Assembly (NCBI GenBank): GCA_010093995.1
Contig: ML992510.1
Span: forward strand, 951,845-1,015,844
Reading direction: 5' to 3'
DNA: 64,000 bases
Origin: Elsinoe ampelina
Taxonomy: Eukaryota
Of the stretch, positions 11,288 to 22,962 are shown piece by piece. The notes below the pieces were generated by a model. It made no database searches. It was not told the DNA's origin and saw only the letters and a program-made list of their open reading frames with translations. The stretch's first letter is position 1, and each line of letters starts with the position of its first letter. A program made the translations under genes and the position numbers.

Positions 11288-14200
11288 ATGCCCCCTGGCA
11301 AAGCTCCAAGGTTACAGCATGCTTTGCTATACCTCTTTGTACTCTCGTTCGTCGTGGCAGCTCAGCAGCAGCAGCCTTCCGACAATGCCATCGTTGAGCC
11401 TGCCACTGGTCGGCGGAACCAACCATATAACGTAGAGCAACTGCACAAAAGAGGGAAAGATACCGCAGCGTATTCATCAAATGAGCGCGCCCTTGCGACT
11501 TTTGCTCCGGAAGGTGACCTTGTCCCTTCCGTTCGAGCACGTCCTGCCCGGCCATCTGGTGCTTCCAGTGGTCTCTCGCGACAGTCGGCGCGATCTTTGC
11601 AGGATTGGCAAGTCGAGGACATAATACTCCTGGCGACTGTTGATGGAAAACTCTACGCGAGGGAAAGGAACACAGGAGCACCGAGATGGGAACTAGAAGT
11701 GGATCGTCCAATGGTGCAGACGACATATCACAGACACAACAAGTCGGAGGAGGATTCGTCGACAGATGACGACTTTCTGTTCATCGTTGAACCGAGTCAG
11801 GATGGAGCTTTATTCGTCTACTCTCCGGAATCGAGGGTGGGCATGCAACGTCTTGGCTTGACTGTCAAGCAATTGGTCGATATCTCTCCCTACGCCGGAG
11901 AGGATCCACCAGTCGTGTACAACGCCGAGAGAAAGACCGTCCTCTATACCATTGATGCATCCAATGGTAACATCATCAAAATGTTCAGCGCTTCTGGTTC
12001 TGTCAGCAATAATGACCGAAGTTGCCGAAAGGTCAATGCTCTGGAACCACTGGAGGATAAAGAGTGCGAGCCGATGGGTACCTTGACAATCGGGCGGACT
12101 GAGTACATTCTCGGTATTCAAGACAAGGACACTGGCGAAGCAATTTGCACCATCAGCTACTTCGAGTGGGGTCCCAATAATCGAGACTCGGATCTGCAGG
12201 GTCAGTACGCTACTACTCTGGACAATCGCTACGTCTACAGCAAGCACGACGGTACCGTCATGGCTCTCGAACATAATCAAGAAGCGAAAGGTCGACGCCG
12301 CGGCTCTGCCCAAAGCCTCATGTACCGCCACAAATTCTCCTCGCCAGTCGCTCGTGTCTATGATGTGGTCAGACCCCATCTTCAAGAGTCGGAAGCACCT
12401 GATGCATCTCTCGTCGTCCTGCCACAACCTGTCGGCCCTGTCAACAAGGAGTGGTCAGTCGCGGATAATGTTTTCGTCAACTGCACCGAGTCGGGCAGCT
12501 GGTATGCTCTCTCCGAGAAGAGCTATCCCCTGGTCACAGAAGGAGTATCGAGAGCGCTCTGTTACACTGATGACATTTACATGCCGCACGTATCTCTTGG
12601 CAACATCATGGATATTCAGAAGTCCAAGATCATTGGCGTACACCCATTGGCAGCGCTCGAAAGCGGACGACCTCCGACTCCTGGAATTGATCCATATGAT
12701 CGCCATCCTCCTTCATCCATCGATCCGCCAGAATCCACACCTAGCGACAAGCTCACTCCAGACACCTACAAGCCAAGCAGTACTTGGAGTGCGTCGCTAC
12801 CATCTCCTGTCACTATGGTGATTCTGGCCATGATCACCTTGACAGCGATCCCTGGCGCACGAGGCTATCTACAGCAGATTCAAAAGAGACTCATGTCTGT
12901 TCCCGAGGATAATTATAGGGTCACCACAACAGACACCGTGGACGTCAAGCCGACCGTGAATATCGAGCAGTCGACACCAATCATCGACAAATCAGAGTCA
13001 GTCGTACCGTCTGAAGCTGCTGAAGCCAAATCACCACCAGGCGAAGAGACAAAGGTCCGCTTCCCTGAACCTGCCCAAGAGATGATCTTCCCTCAGCAAT
13101 CTGTTGAGCAGACACCGGACGGCGAAGAAGTGCAAGCAACAGCCGACACATCCGGACAATCAGCTGATGAGGCGACAAAGGCGGACTCACCGCAGCGCGA
13201 ATCTTCTCCAGACTCCAACCCGGAAGCTGCAGCGACGCCTGTCCCAGCTACTCCGAAAGCGAAAACGAATGGGCCCGAAGCATCTCCTGCCAAGCCCGAA
13301 AAGAAGGCTCGCAGGGGAGTTCGTGGCGGGCGTAAGCTCAAAGAAAAGAAGATGGAGCAGGAGCAGGCACAACGACGACGAGCTGGTTCTCAATCCAAAC
13401 GCAACAGTCAAGATCTCACTAAGATCGATGAGAACGGTGAACCGGCGACCCCAAAGGTTCCGACAGTTGTGGTCCCATCTCCGCCAGCTCAAGCCGAAGT
13501 CATCAGTGTTGAGTCGTCTGAGGATCCCAACATGCGCGGAAAACTCCGAATCAACAATCTCGTCATCAACACGGACAAACTTATTGGCAACGGCAGCGCT
13601 GGGACATGCGTCTACGAGGGCACCTTTGGTAAGCGAGATGTCGCTGTCAAGAGGATGTTGTCACAATACTATGAGCTGGCCTCTCAAGAAGTCGTCTTTC
13701 TTCAGGAGAACGACGACCACCCCAATGTCATCAGATATTACTGCCAGGAAAGGGACGCCAACTTCTTGTACATTGCCGTCGAGCTATGTCAAGGTTCTCT
13801 TTGGGATGTTTTCAACCCCCATCTGTCTGACGAGCGGGAAAAGCGTGAGCAATTTTCAGAAGTCCTCCAGGCCATTCAACAGGATGTACCTCAGGCCTTG
13901 TACCAGATTGTGCTCGGACTTCACCATCTTCATAATAGACGTATCATTCACCGTGACATCAAGCCACAGAACATCTTGATTGGACGGCCGAATTCAACCA
14001 AGAAGGGACCTCATCTTTTGATCTCCGACTTTGGACTATGCAAGACTCTTCCTGACAATGCCTCTACCGTAGCCGATGCGACCATCAACGCTGGTACTTG
14101 TGGATGGAAGGCACCCGAGCTGATCTCACAGCCAAAAGATACTGCATCGCTCAATGGACATAGTAGTACATCGACATCGGAAGGCACTCCTGGTCACTCG

Positions 14201-14881
14201 GGTGGTATCAAACGAGCTGCGGACATTTTCAGTCTCGGCTGTCTGTTCTTCTGGGTCCTCACTGGTGGTTGCCATCCGTTCGACGACAAGGAAGGCTGGG
14301 CGCAGATTCGCGAGCTCAATATCAAAAAGAACAATATGCAGAATATGCATAGGCTGGATCTTGGTAACGACACAGAAGAGCCCATGCAACTCATTACTGC
14401 TATGCTTAACCACCGGCCAGAAGACCGTCCAAGTGTTAGTGACGTTTTGGAACATCCATTCTTCTGGAGGCCCAAGGATCGTCTTCAATTCCTCTGCGAT
14501 GTCTCGGATCACTTTGAGCGTGAGCCGCGTGAGCCTCCGTCCGCCCATCTCAAACATCTAGAGTCATATGCACCAGACGTGATCATCAAGGGCGATTTCC
14601 TCAAGGTCTTACCTAGGGAGTTTGTCGACACGCTCGGGAAACAGCGCAAGTACACAGGCAACAAGTTACTCGACTTGCTCCGTGCCCTTCGCAATAAGCG
14701 CAATCACTACGAGGACATGCCCGACGAAGTCAAACGTAAAGTCGGCCCCCTTCCCGGAGGCTACCTCAACTTCTGGACCGCCAGATTCCCTAAACTCCTC
14801 ATGGCATGTTATTGGATCATCAGAGAAACCGGGTTGAACGAAAGCGAGCGATTCAGGGAGTACTTTGCCGTCAAAGAGTAG
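11288..14881 (+). CDS. IRE1: Ire1 ER-stress sensor kinase/endoribonuclease
   Basis: Signal peptide, luminal domain (LLATVDGKLYARER), TM helix, kinase (VAVKRML, HRDIKPQN, ISDFGLCK), KEN RNase (DLLRALRNKRNHY). Confidence 0.98.
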   Translation: MPPGKAPRLQHALLYLFVLSFVVAAQQQQPSDNAIVEPATGRRNQPYNVEQLHKRGKDTAAYSSNERALATFAPEGDLVPSVRARPARPSGASSGLSRQSARSLQDWQVEDIILLATVDGKLYARERNTGAPRWELEVDRPMVQTTYHRHNKSEEDSSTDDDFLFIVEPSQDGALFVYSPESRVGMQRLGLTVKQLVDISPYAGEDPPVVYNAERKTVLYTIDASNGNIIKMFSASGSVSNNDRSCRKVNALEPLEDKECEPMGTLTIGRTEYILGIQDKDTGEAICTISYFEWGPNNRDSDLQGQYATTLDNRYVYSKHDGTVMALEHNQEAKGRRRGSAQSLMYRHKFSSPVARVYDVVRPHLQESEAPDASLVVLPQPVGPVNKEWSVADNVFVNCTESGSWYALSEKSYPLVTEGVSRALCYTDDIYMPHVSLGNIMDIQKSKIIGVHPLAALESGRPPTPGIDPYDRHPPSSIDPPESTPSDKLTPDTYKPSSTWSASLPSPVTMVILAMITLTAIPGARGYLQQIQKRLMSVPEDNYRVTTTDTVDVKPTVNIEQSTPIIDKSESVVPSEAAEAKSPPGEETKVRFPEPAQEMIFPQQSVEQTPDGEEVQATADTSGQSADEATKADSPQRESSPDSNPEAAATPVPATPKAKTNGPEASPAKPEKKARRGVRGGRKLKEKKMEQEQAQRRRAGSQSKRNSQDLTKIDENGEPATPKVPTVVVPSPPAQAEVISVESSEDPNMRGKLRINNLVINTDKLIGNGSAGTCVYEGTFGKRDVAVKRMLSQYYELASQEVVFLQENDDHPNVIRYYCQERDANFLYIAVELCQGSLWDVFNPHLSDEREKREQFSEVLQAIQQDVPQALYQIVLGLHHLHNRRIIHRDIKPQNILIGRPNSTKKGPHLLISDFGLCKTLPDNASTVADATINAGTCGWKAPELISQPKDTASLNGHSSTSTSEGTPGHSGGIKRAADIFSLGCLFFWVLTGGCHPFDDKEGWAQIRELNIKKNNMQNMHRLDLGNDTEEPMQLITAMLNHRPEDRPSVSDVLEHPFFWRPKDRLQFLCDVSDHFEREPREPPSAHLKHLESYAPDVIIKGDFLKVLPREFVDTLGKQRKYTGNKLLDLLRALRNKRNHYEDMPDEVKRKVGPLPGGYLNFWTARFPKLLMACYWIIRETGLNESERFREYFAVKE

Positions 14882-14959
14882 CTACATAGTCTTTCCCAAT
14901 CCCAGCCATCATTCCCTTGCCTCCCTTTGCCCATCCATGCATCACGACCACGGCGTCGC

Positions 14960-15888
14960 CTACCTCTCCTCCTTCTTCCCATCCACCTCCACTTCCACCT
15001 TCTCATTATAGAAACACACCATCCCCTGAATCGCAGCACACTCCACCGTCGGCCGGCTGTAATACCACACTAGATCGGGGTACTCCTTGCCGTCGACGAC
15101 AATGGAGTAGTACTCCGCCTCTCCCTTGTAGGGGCAACCAGTGCGGGTGTCGCTGGGTCGGAGAAGGGATTGGTCGACGGCGGTGAGGGGCATGTAGTAC
15201 CGGACTGGGAGGCCGGTTTCGTAGAGGTGGAAGGAGGAGGTGGTGTGGGCGAGGATGTGGGAGGAGAGACGGATGGTGATGGGGCGGAGGGAGGGGAGGA
15301 TGTCGATTCTTTTGAAAGGGTCTTTGGGGTGGATGGCGATGGGGAGGTCTTCTTCCAGCCAGGTGTCTGGGCGATTGAGTCAGTGATGGTTTCGTCTTGT
15401 CTCTCGGCGAGAAGAAGGGGACATGTGCTCGAGGGAGATGTGGGATGAATAGATGACTTGCCCACTCCCTTGAACGCGACCTTCACGTACCCCGCCACCT
15501 CCTTCCCCTCCCCGTCCAACCCTTGATCAAAAGCCACCACTTCCTCCGTCTTCTTCCCTCCATTTTCCAGGGCCCACAGCGTCGCCACCTTCTTACCTTC
15601 AACCTCTACATTCTGGCCTTTCTTGACGTACTTGTCCCCGAACGCGGACTGAGGCAGGTAGTATTGCGGATAGTAAGGATGTTCCCATACGAATTTGGCA
15701 GAGGTGGTGTCGGCGATGTAGGAGCCGCCTAGGAGAAGGCGGATGCGGCGGGGAGTGGGGAGGACTTTGTGGGGGCCTTTGGTGGCGATGTGCCGGGCGA
15801 GGGAGGGGATGCTGAGGGAGGTCAGTGGGGGGAGGTGGTGGGTGGGGGAAAAGGGAAAGATGGACTCGAGGTCGAGTTTTGGTGGCAT
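14960..15888 (-). CDS. Tandem DUF427 domain protein; GC-AG intron 15461-15367
   Basis: Two similar halves: ADTTSAKFVWEHPYYPQYYLP and HLYETGLPVRYYMP...TGCPYKGEAEYY. The spliced junction gives KGVDTWLEEDLPIAIHPKDPFKRID. Confidence 0.88.
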
Positions 15889-16348
15889 GATTGGTCACTC
15901 GATAAGGTTATGGAGTTGATTGGTGGTTGTGAATGTGTAGGTCAACAGAGGATATCTATGGCTAGATTCAGGATTAGATATATATCCTGGATATGTCTTG
16001 CTCAACAGGGTCGAGTCTGTCATCACTCTCCCATTCCCCGCTGCCCCTCCATGACTTCGAGTTGAGGTGCTGATGAATTGCGGGGCAAAAGGCGGCACAA
16101 AGAACCACGACAGAGGGAATTCTTCCTTCTTCCCTCATAAAGCTCTCGATCCTCACAGAGTGAATTCTCAATTCTTTCGGCGGGTCTGCGGTCAATCAAG
16201 ATGGGTGGAATTGGGAACTCTGTCAAAAGAAGCAGCTGCTCGCCTTGATGCTTCTCTGCAAGTCAAGCGTCCATGAAATTTTTGACTCGACCATCCAACG
16301 CCACGCACATGATCAACTATAATCACTTACTACCGTCATTCATTCACC

Positions 16349-19183
16349 ATGTCTCTCGACGAGCTAGACGAATTCTTAGCGAAAAAGCGATACAAAGAAG
16401 GTCTCAACCGCGCCGATAAGCTCGTCAAGAAAGCCAACGCAGATATAATAATCCATGTTTATCGTGCTCGTTTCCTCGAAGCACTCGGTCAGACAACCAA
16501 AGCTACTGAGGTCATCGACGCCCTCCTCAACAAGAAACCTACCATACAAGACACTGTCGTTCTCGACTACATCGATGAATTCCTGCTTGAAAGGGCCCTG
16601 GAAGCCGGCAACGATGCACTGACTGCTGGACCAACTTCCCTCGCTTTGTGGAAGAATGCTGCGACCGCTGTTCGGCCATCCTTTCTACCGATCCTCTGCA
16701 AAGATCGTTATGAGAGCGCAATGACAAATGGAAGACTGGAGGACGCACATCATGTATGTGCATGTAGCCATTTGTATTTAGGGTCACTGACCGCTCCAGG
16801 CACTCACTTTATGGCGGAAGCAGGTACCTGACCGAGCATCACTCAAGTTCGGCCATGCGATGATATACTTCTTGATTGCGCAAAAGACCAAGGACAAGGT
16901 GAAGAAGGCCATGTTCTCCCAGCTCGCGACTCGGACTGCAGTGCAACTCGCCTCAGTGGTAGAATCAGGAGCAGAGGCTACCGTCATTGTCCATGTGCTG
17001 GGTCACCAGGAAAACTTCAAGGAACTGATCGATTGCATCGAGTCTTCGACGAGATTGAAAACTTTGGTCAACCAGACGAATGCAGTATTCTTGACCTTCT
17101 TGAGCTACACCTCCGGCCTGCAAATGGAGGACTTCTTACAGTCTTTTATTCATGAGCGGATGAAAGAGTCCGACAAGACTCGGCTCGTAATGTTTGTTGA
17201 CGATGGTATTTTGACAAACACTATCTAATTTTCAACAGCACCGAGACCAACTTCAAGATGTGGAAGTTCTGGGTCTCATTGCACTCTTCGTTGGAACCGG
17301 AACCTTTCTTCAGAAAGATGGATGAACTCCCCCAGACATCGCATCTAAGGCTGCTATCGACCCTTTGGTATCTTTCTTTGAAAGGGAAAGAAGATGCAGT
17401 CATCGACACCCTACATCAGAGTCTGGAATACGATATGCCACCTGCGTTCGTGACTGAGGTCAGGGATGTGGTCTTGTCGCTGTCTCCAAATCAACAGGAC
17501 GAGCTTAGGAAGATATTGACTCTGAGTGCACGCCACTGGGAAGATGTACCGAAGAGCCTGGAGGATCGGGGACATGTAAGTTGTTTCAGGAGATGAGATA
17601 CCAGGCTAATCATCTCGTAGCTCTCTCGTCTTGTGTCGTTCGAAAGTAGCAGCCTTCGTTTGGAGTACCTCATGGCTCTAAACAGGGCGGAGACAGTGTC
17701 GAATGTCCTCGCATTCGCTAAGCTTTCATGGTCGCTATTCCTCTTCGTTAAGAAGACAGGAATACAGCTAGACGTTTCCTGGGCCATTTCTATTGTTACC
17801 GCATTGTTCAGAGCTCACGAGCTCGATCGTTCAGGGCGATGGCTACTCGCTGCCTTCTGTACTGCAAAACTCATACCCTCCCAGGGACTCTACCCGCTTC
17901 AGGTCTTACTATGCTACATAAGTCAGGAACTTGGAATGCCCTCTTACAGTATGACCAAGTTCTTAAGTCTTGGTGTCAAGGAAATTCAATTGGACACGGC
18001 TTCGCACATCGGGCTTACAAGAATATCGATACAGGATTCATATTTGCCTCGAGAGCGGACCTCCAAATTACCAGATCCGTACAATCTTGTCGGAGCGGCA
18101 CTCAAGATGTATCGATCCACCATTGACAGAGTAGCTGAGCAAGCATCAGTGTGTCTCGAAGCGAATCGTCCGGATTTGGTCATGGAACTCGAAAGCCTCC
18201 GCGATGATCTTAAGAACAGCATCCAACGACGAATACTATTGCTTGAACAGCGTCGCATGGAGCGTTTGACCAATCGTCCTCAAGATACAGCTTTCAATTT
18301 TCCAGCACGGACAGTCTCCTCCTGGACAGAAGGTCTGGCGGACAATCGAGACTACAGCGCATGTGAGAACTTTGAAAGCGTTCCGGCTGAAGCCGCGCTC
18401 GAAACAAGAATCACTTCCGGTGGAAAGATACCTAACGCAGCCTGGATACATCTCAACCTCTGGATAGACAATATTTGTACAGTGATCCATGGCGGAGCAT
18501 CCCTTCTCAATCCCGTTGAGTCGAAGGAACTGGCAACAAATCCCTTCAAGAGCATTGGCAGCTCAAACACTGGCTGCACCCCCAACGAACTCGCTCTCAT
18601 CCCAGCCTGGCAGGCTCTGACCAGACCAGCCACACAAATCCTGGTTTCGCCGTCACCAGACACCAGTTCTCAAATCTCCACCGGCCTCACCTCCCTCAAA
18701 GACGCCATCGAAGCAATCACCATCCCCCTCACTTCCCCGGCAACCACCACCACAACACCGATCCCTCACATCCCCACCTCCTCCGACCTCCAACAAAGCT
18801 ACCTCCTCCTCGACTTCCTCAGAACCGTCCTCCGCTTCTGCACAGCCTGCACCGACGTCACCAAGAAACGACGCCCCGGCATCCCCATCGACACCAAACT
18901 CCTCCGCCCCATCGAGGCAGCTGTGAAAAGCAAGTACCAATCTCTCCGCTCTTTTGCACAACAGCGACAGAAGAGTATCAAAGACGCCGATATAGCGGGG
19001 ACTATGATCGAGACGTGGAGCTGGATCGCGACGGGTCAGGTGGGAGGGAGGATGGAGGAGTTGGATGAAGGGGCGAGGGATGATTGGGAGTTGGGTGAGC
19101 AGTGGAGGGAGGATGCGAGGGAGGTCGGCGAGGCAGCGAGGGGGGCGTGGGATGGGGTTTTGAGGGTGGGATTGGAGGGGTAG
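16349..19183 (+). CDS. MDM20: NatB N-terminal acetyltransferase auxiliary subunit; introns 16754-16799, ~17190-17238 (donor uncertain), 17576-17620
   Basis: Helical-repeat protein built from four ORFs joined by short introns. It contains LGVKEIQLDTASH (Mdm20/NAA25 L.IK.IQ.DT..H motif) and DNRDY. Confidence 0.8.
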
Positions 19184-19773
19184 GATCCTGACGTGGAAGA
19201 TGAGGGGGTGGTGGAGGGGGAGCGACGGGATGAGGAGGGGAAACACCTGGAGACGACGGAGGTGGAGAGGGATGACGGGCAGAAAGAGGGATTGAAGACA
19301 CTGGGGGAGAAGACACTGGAGGGACAGATACAGGAAGGGGTGACACTGAAGGGGCACAAGCGGAGCTTGAAGAAGAAGTTTGGCCATGTGGCGGAGAGGG
19401 TGAAGGGGTGGGCGAGGAGGAAGAGGGAATGGAAGGAGACGTCGACGAAGGAGATGGCCGGGGCGTGGGAGGAAGACATTCGAAGGGATGGCGAGGGCTG
19501 AGGTCAAGGAGACTGGAAGGAGAGGAGCATTAGGGTCTATAGATGGAGGAGGCAAGCCGGGTACCAAGGTCGGTTGTGACTTCTTTGATGAAAGAGACCA
19601 TCTTTTGATCCAATGGAGTCGAATCCTATGCGTCCCTCGACTCGCCAAGATACAGCATACCATTGCTGTATTACCATAGCGCGCTCCTTTTCCGCTCGTT
19701 TGATCTGCCCAGTCAGCCCATGACTCCATCGCTAATTGGATAAAACCTTCAGCTGCCCCATCTTCGCCAGACC

Positions 19774-22629
19774 TCACATAACACTGCACTTTGCCAGGTA
19801 ATAGTCCTGCCCATCCCTATCATCAACCAGTGGCACCTTTCGATGAATCTCCTCCACCGGCACCAGCTTCTCCCAAAACGTCGGGCAAATACCATCAAAC
19901 TCCTCCCTCATCGCCTGAATCACAACCTCAAAGACCTCCTCATCATTCGCATCGTCCCTCATGATCAACCCGAGCAGACCCTGCCTCTTCCTCTCCGCCC
20001 ACCGCGGATCATCACGGTAGACATATCGCCAGAAAGCATTCCCGCGCTCCTCCAAACGCCGCTCGATCTTCTCCGCCGCGCGCATGGCCCGCACGGTGAG
20101 CCAAGCGTAATGCAGGCCGGAATTGGGTCTGTCGCCGCAGATGTCCGTGTGCAGGTCCACCTTGAGGAAATCGAGCAGCATCTTGTTGCTGCACCAGCCG
20201 CCGCCGCGGTGGTCCTCGATGTCGTCTTCCTGGACCATGTGTTCGATGGCCGAGTAGGCGTGGACGAAGGTTTGCTTTTTCAACGCTTCTTCTCGCTCGA
20301 TGAAGTCTTGGGCTTTTTTCATTTCTTGGTCGAAAGCGCTGTGCCTGCGGGCGCGGGCGAGGAGGTCTTCGACGTCCGGGTGGGAGGTGGAGCTATCTTC
20401 GCTGGCGTTGATGATGCGGACGCGGGAGAGAGCGGAATTGCAGGGTAAGTTCTTGTTGGGGATTCGGTCTGGGTCCCAGCCTGCTTCGCGGTATACCCCC
20501 AACAGGGACCGGTTCGCCTCCGTTTTGAAAAGTCCTTTGGTGGCTGTTTGGGATTGTGATACTCGGAAGGACCGCTGCTCTGCCAGTTTGAGGGCCACGT
20601 CGCCGCCGAAGCTGAATTCATCGATGGCCTTGGCGACGTGTCGCCCCATGTCGTTGGTGAGTACCTTGCAGCTTGCAACTAGAGGCGCGCTAAGCCTGCC
20701 AGTCAGGTCTTTGAGGCTTGCTATAGGCTCGGTGATGCGACCTCTGGCTTCGAGACGTGTGTGAAGAAGTATGAATTGGCTTAGTGTAGTCGTGCTAGTC
20801 ACAAGCTCATATCCGAAATTATAGGACATCTCCAGAAAGTGACAAGCAGCTACACCACAGAAGAATGGTGAATAATCCCATAGTCCGCATGAGCTCGAAT
20901 CCGAGAACCTCGATCGAAGGCCGTCCTTGAGGCCTTTTTTGTAATTGGAAAAGTCCAACCATGTGTTGCAGTATGACTCTATATAGCGAATTCCATGATT
21001 CAATTTTGCATGACGACCGATGTCCTGGTGTAGCTCGGCGTCAGTGTCCAAGCAGTTCTTGAGATCCTTTAGACTTCTGAGGAACCCTTTGGAACTACTT
21101 CGACCTTTTCGCTTCATGAAACTATCAAGCTCTCGACGAGGACCACGGATGTCGAAGGAAAGGTTGAAGGTGTGACCCTTGATCACGTCGTGGGTCCAGC
21201 CACAATAGGCGGTCATCGAGTCGACGATCAGCTGCAATTGGAAGACAAAGTGTGGCGGGAGCTGATGAAGATCGATGTCTCCCATTGCGAATTTGGTCGT
21301 CGTCAGAGCGAACTCCGCCATGCCGGGGAAGCCCTTGAAGAAGTCGGGACCAGTCGTGTTGCTGAAGATCCCTTTTGGTGGGGGCGCCGAAAGACTCTCT
21401 TCTTGTCCGCGTGTCAGTGCAACCAGTTCGTAAAGCAAGTTGAGGGTGTAGCCGTGACGCCATGCAATACGATCGCTGTCTTTGATGTCATAGATGGGCA
21501 TCTTAGAATCCCAACCTGCCATGGCAGACGCAAATCGCTTGGTCGGCTTCCCAGTCTTGTTCTTTTGAAAGTCCGTCTGGAAGTAGTACAGTGCATCGAA
21601 GGTGTGACCCGAGAACCATTCATGGGCATCCAAGTTTGTCTGGTCAAGCTTTTTCTCTGGTGTGTCTGACGAGCTACCAGTAGAGACAGACACTCGCAGC
21701 ACAGTCATGGAGTCCTTCAGAGTACCCGTAGTGCAAGCATCGAACAAGGTGGAGAAGGTGTCGTCACCGGGAAAATCTGCGAAGATCGCCAGTGCTGCAC
21801 GCTTGACTATGGCGATAGCCACGTTCGAGAGCGCTCCCGCCACCGACGCCTTGATATGCCCCCAGGCAGCTTGTTGCCAAATCTCTTGCATGGTTATTCG
21901 TATGTCGATCCAGATCTGGAAGAAGTGATGTCCAGCAACCAAGAAGTCAAATGCATTGAGATACTCCTCTTCTGTGAATATGCGGTATTGTTCAAGTGGC
22001 ACGTTACTCAGATTGTTTTCCTCGCTCTTGAACGGTTGCTTCTTGTTGCTGTGACGCTTTCCCTTCTTCTTTCCTTTTCTGCGGGACGACTTCCGGCGGC
22101 TATGCGAGATGGTTGTTTTCGCATCACCGACATCTGCACCACTGTCTTGCTCGTCGGCGGAGGAGGGCTCGATCGACAGAGTGGCGAAGTAATTGGTGAA
22201 GAGGTTGTCGTCTGGGTCCTTCTCTTCGGCACCATTGGTCTGGCATGTTCTCGCAGTCTGCCACTCCCGTCCTCCCAGTGCGTGGAATGCAGATGTGAGA
22301 ATTTCGATGAAGTGTGCATGTGAGTCGTTCTTCTTCTTCAGCTCTGCATCGTCATTTGAGAGTTGGGAGCGGAAGAGCTCATGAAACCCCGCTCGTGCTT
22401 CTATGACGTTGTGGAAGAGGCGGAAGACTCTCGCTGGAATCTCTCTTGTGTGATCGACAATGAGCTTGCAGAGAGGCACAATCTCGGAGACTTTGATCTG
22501 TCCGTTGTCGTTAAAGCTGGTCGATCTCGTGTGTGAAGCTTTTGTGATGGCGTTGGATGCATGAACGATCCAGTAGACCAGCTGCGCAGTGTCACGTTTG
22601 TAGTCAAGGTATGCATTCCGAGAGGGCAT
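19774..22629 (-). CDS. Uncharacterised fungal protein, DUF6604-like N-terminus
   Basis: ~950-aa intronless ORF. N-terminus NAYLDYKRDTAQLVYWI...VIEAR...NDSHAHFIEILTSAFHALGG, then a basic KKGKR patch. Start placed at ATG 22629. Confidence 0.75.
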   Translation of the reverse strand: MPSRNAYLDYKRDTAQLVYWIVHASNAITKASHTRSTSFNDNGQIKVSEIVPLCKLIVDHTREIPARVFRLFHNVIEARAGFHELFRSQLSNDDAELKKKNDSHAHFIEILTSAFHALGGREWQTARTCQTNGAEEKDPDDNLFTNYFATLSIEPSSADEQDSGADVGDAKTTISHSRRKSSRRKGKKKGKRHSNKKQPFKSEENNLSNVPLEQYRIFTEEEYLNAFDFLVAGHHFFQIWIDIRITMQEIWQQAAWGHIKASVAGALSNVAIAIVKRAALAIFADFPGDDTFSTLFDACTTGTLKDSMTVLRVSVSTGSSSDTPEKKLDQTNLDAHEWFSGHTFDALYYFQTDFQKNKTGKPTKRFASAMAGWDSKMPIYDIKDSDRIAWRHGYTLNLLYELVALTRGQEESLSAPPPKGIFSNTTGPDFFKGFPGMAEFALTTTKFAMGDIDLHQLPPHFVFQLQLIVDSMTAYCGWTHDVIKGHTFNLSFDIRGPRRELDSFMKRKGRSSSKGFLRSLKDLKNCLDTDAELHQDIGRHAKLNHGIRYIESYCNTWLDFSNYKKGLKDGLRSRFSDSSSCGLWDYSPFFCGVAACHFLEMSYNFGYELVTSTTTLSQFILLHTRLEARGRITEPIASLKDLTGRLSAPLVASCKVLTNDMGRHVAKAIDEFSFGGDVALKLAEQRSFRVSQSQTATKGLFKTEANRSLLGVYREAGWDPDRIPNKNLPCNSALSRVRIINASEDSSTSHPDVEDLLARARRHSAFDQEMKKAQDFIEREEALKKQTFVHAYSAIEHMVQEDDIEDHRGGGWCSNKMLLDFLKVDLHTDICGDRPNSGLHYAWLTVRAMRAAEKIERRLEERGNAFWRYVYRDDPRWAERKRQGLLGLIMRDDANDEEVFEVVIQAMREEFDGICPTFWEKLVPVEEIHRKVPLVDDRDGQDYYLAKCSVM

Positions 22630-22962
22630 CGTGAAAGACCATCTGCGGTGGAGTGGATTGATTGAGGTAGAAGCGCAGAATCCTAGAGGTGTACCAGATA
22701 TGTGAAGTATGAGAGATGCGACAAACCTCGTGGCGAAGTGATGGAATGAGGGTTTCACGAGACAAAGTGAACTTCCAAGGGTATCATCAAAACAGCCCGC
22801 TTGCTGCTCGCCAAAAAATTGCAGGCGAAAAACGGACCATTAGCGCTAGTACACATCAGTCGACCAACGCAACCAACCTAGCCCCTCTTTGTTGTGTGTT
22901 TGGCAGACCTGTCTGCCTCTATCTATCCCAAAAACACCTCGCTATGCATGTAAATGCCGCAT

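Noticed and set aside
18653..19789. 378-aa minus-strand ORF and other long Pro/Gly-rich antisense ORFs (e.g. 36622-37455, 27890-28963)
   Set aside because: Shadow frames of real genes caused by skewed composition; no motifs.
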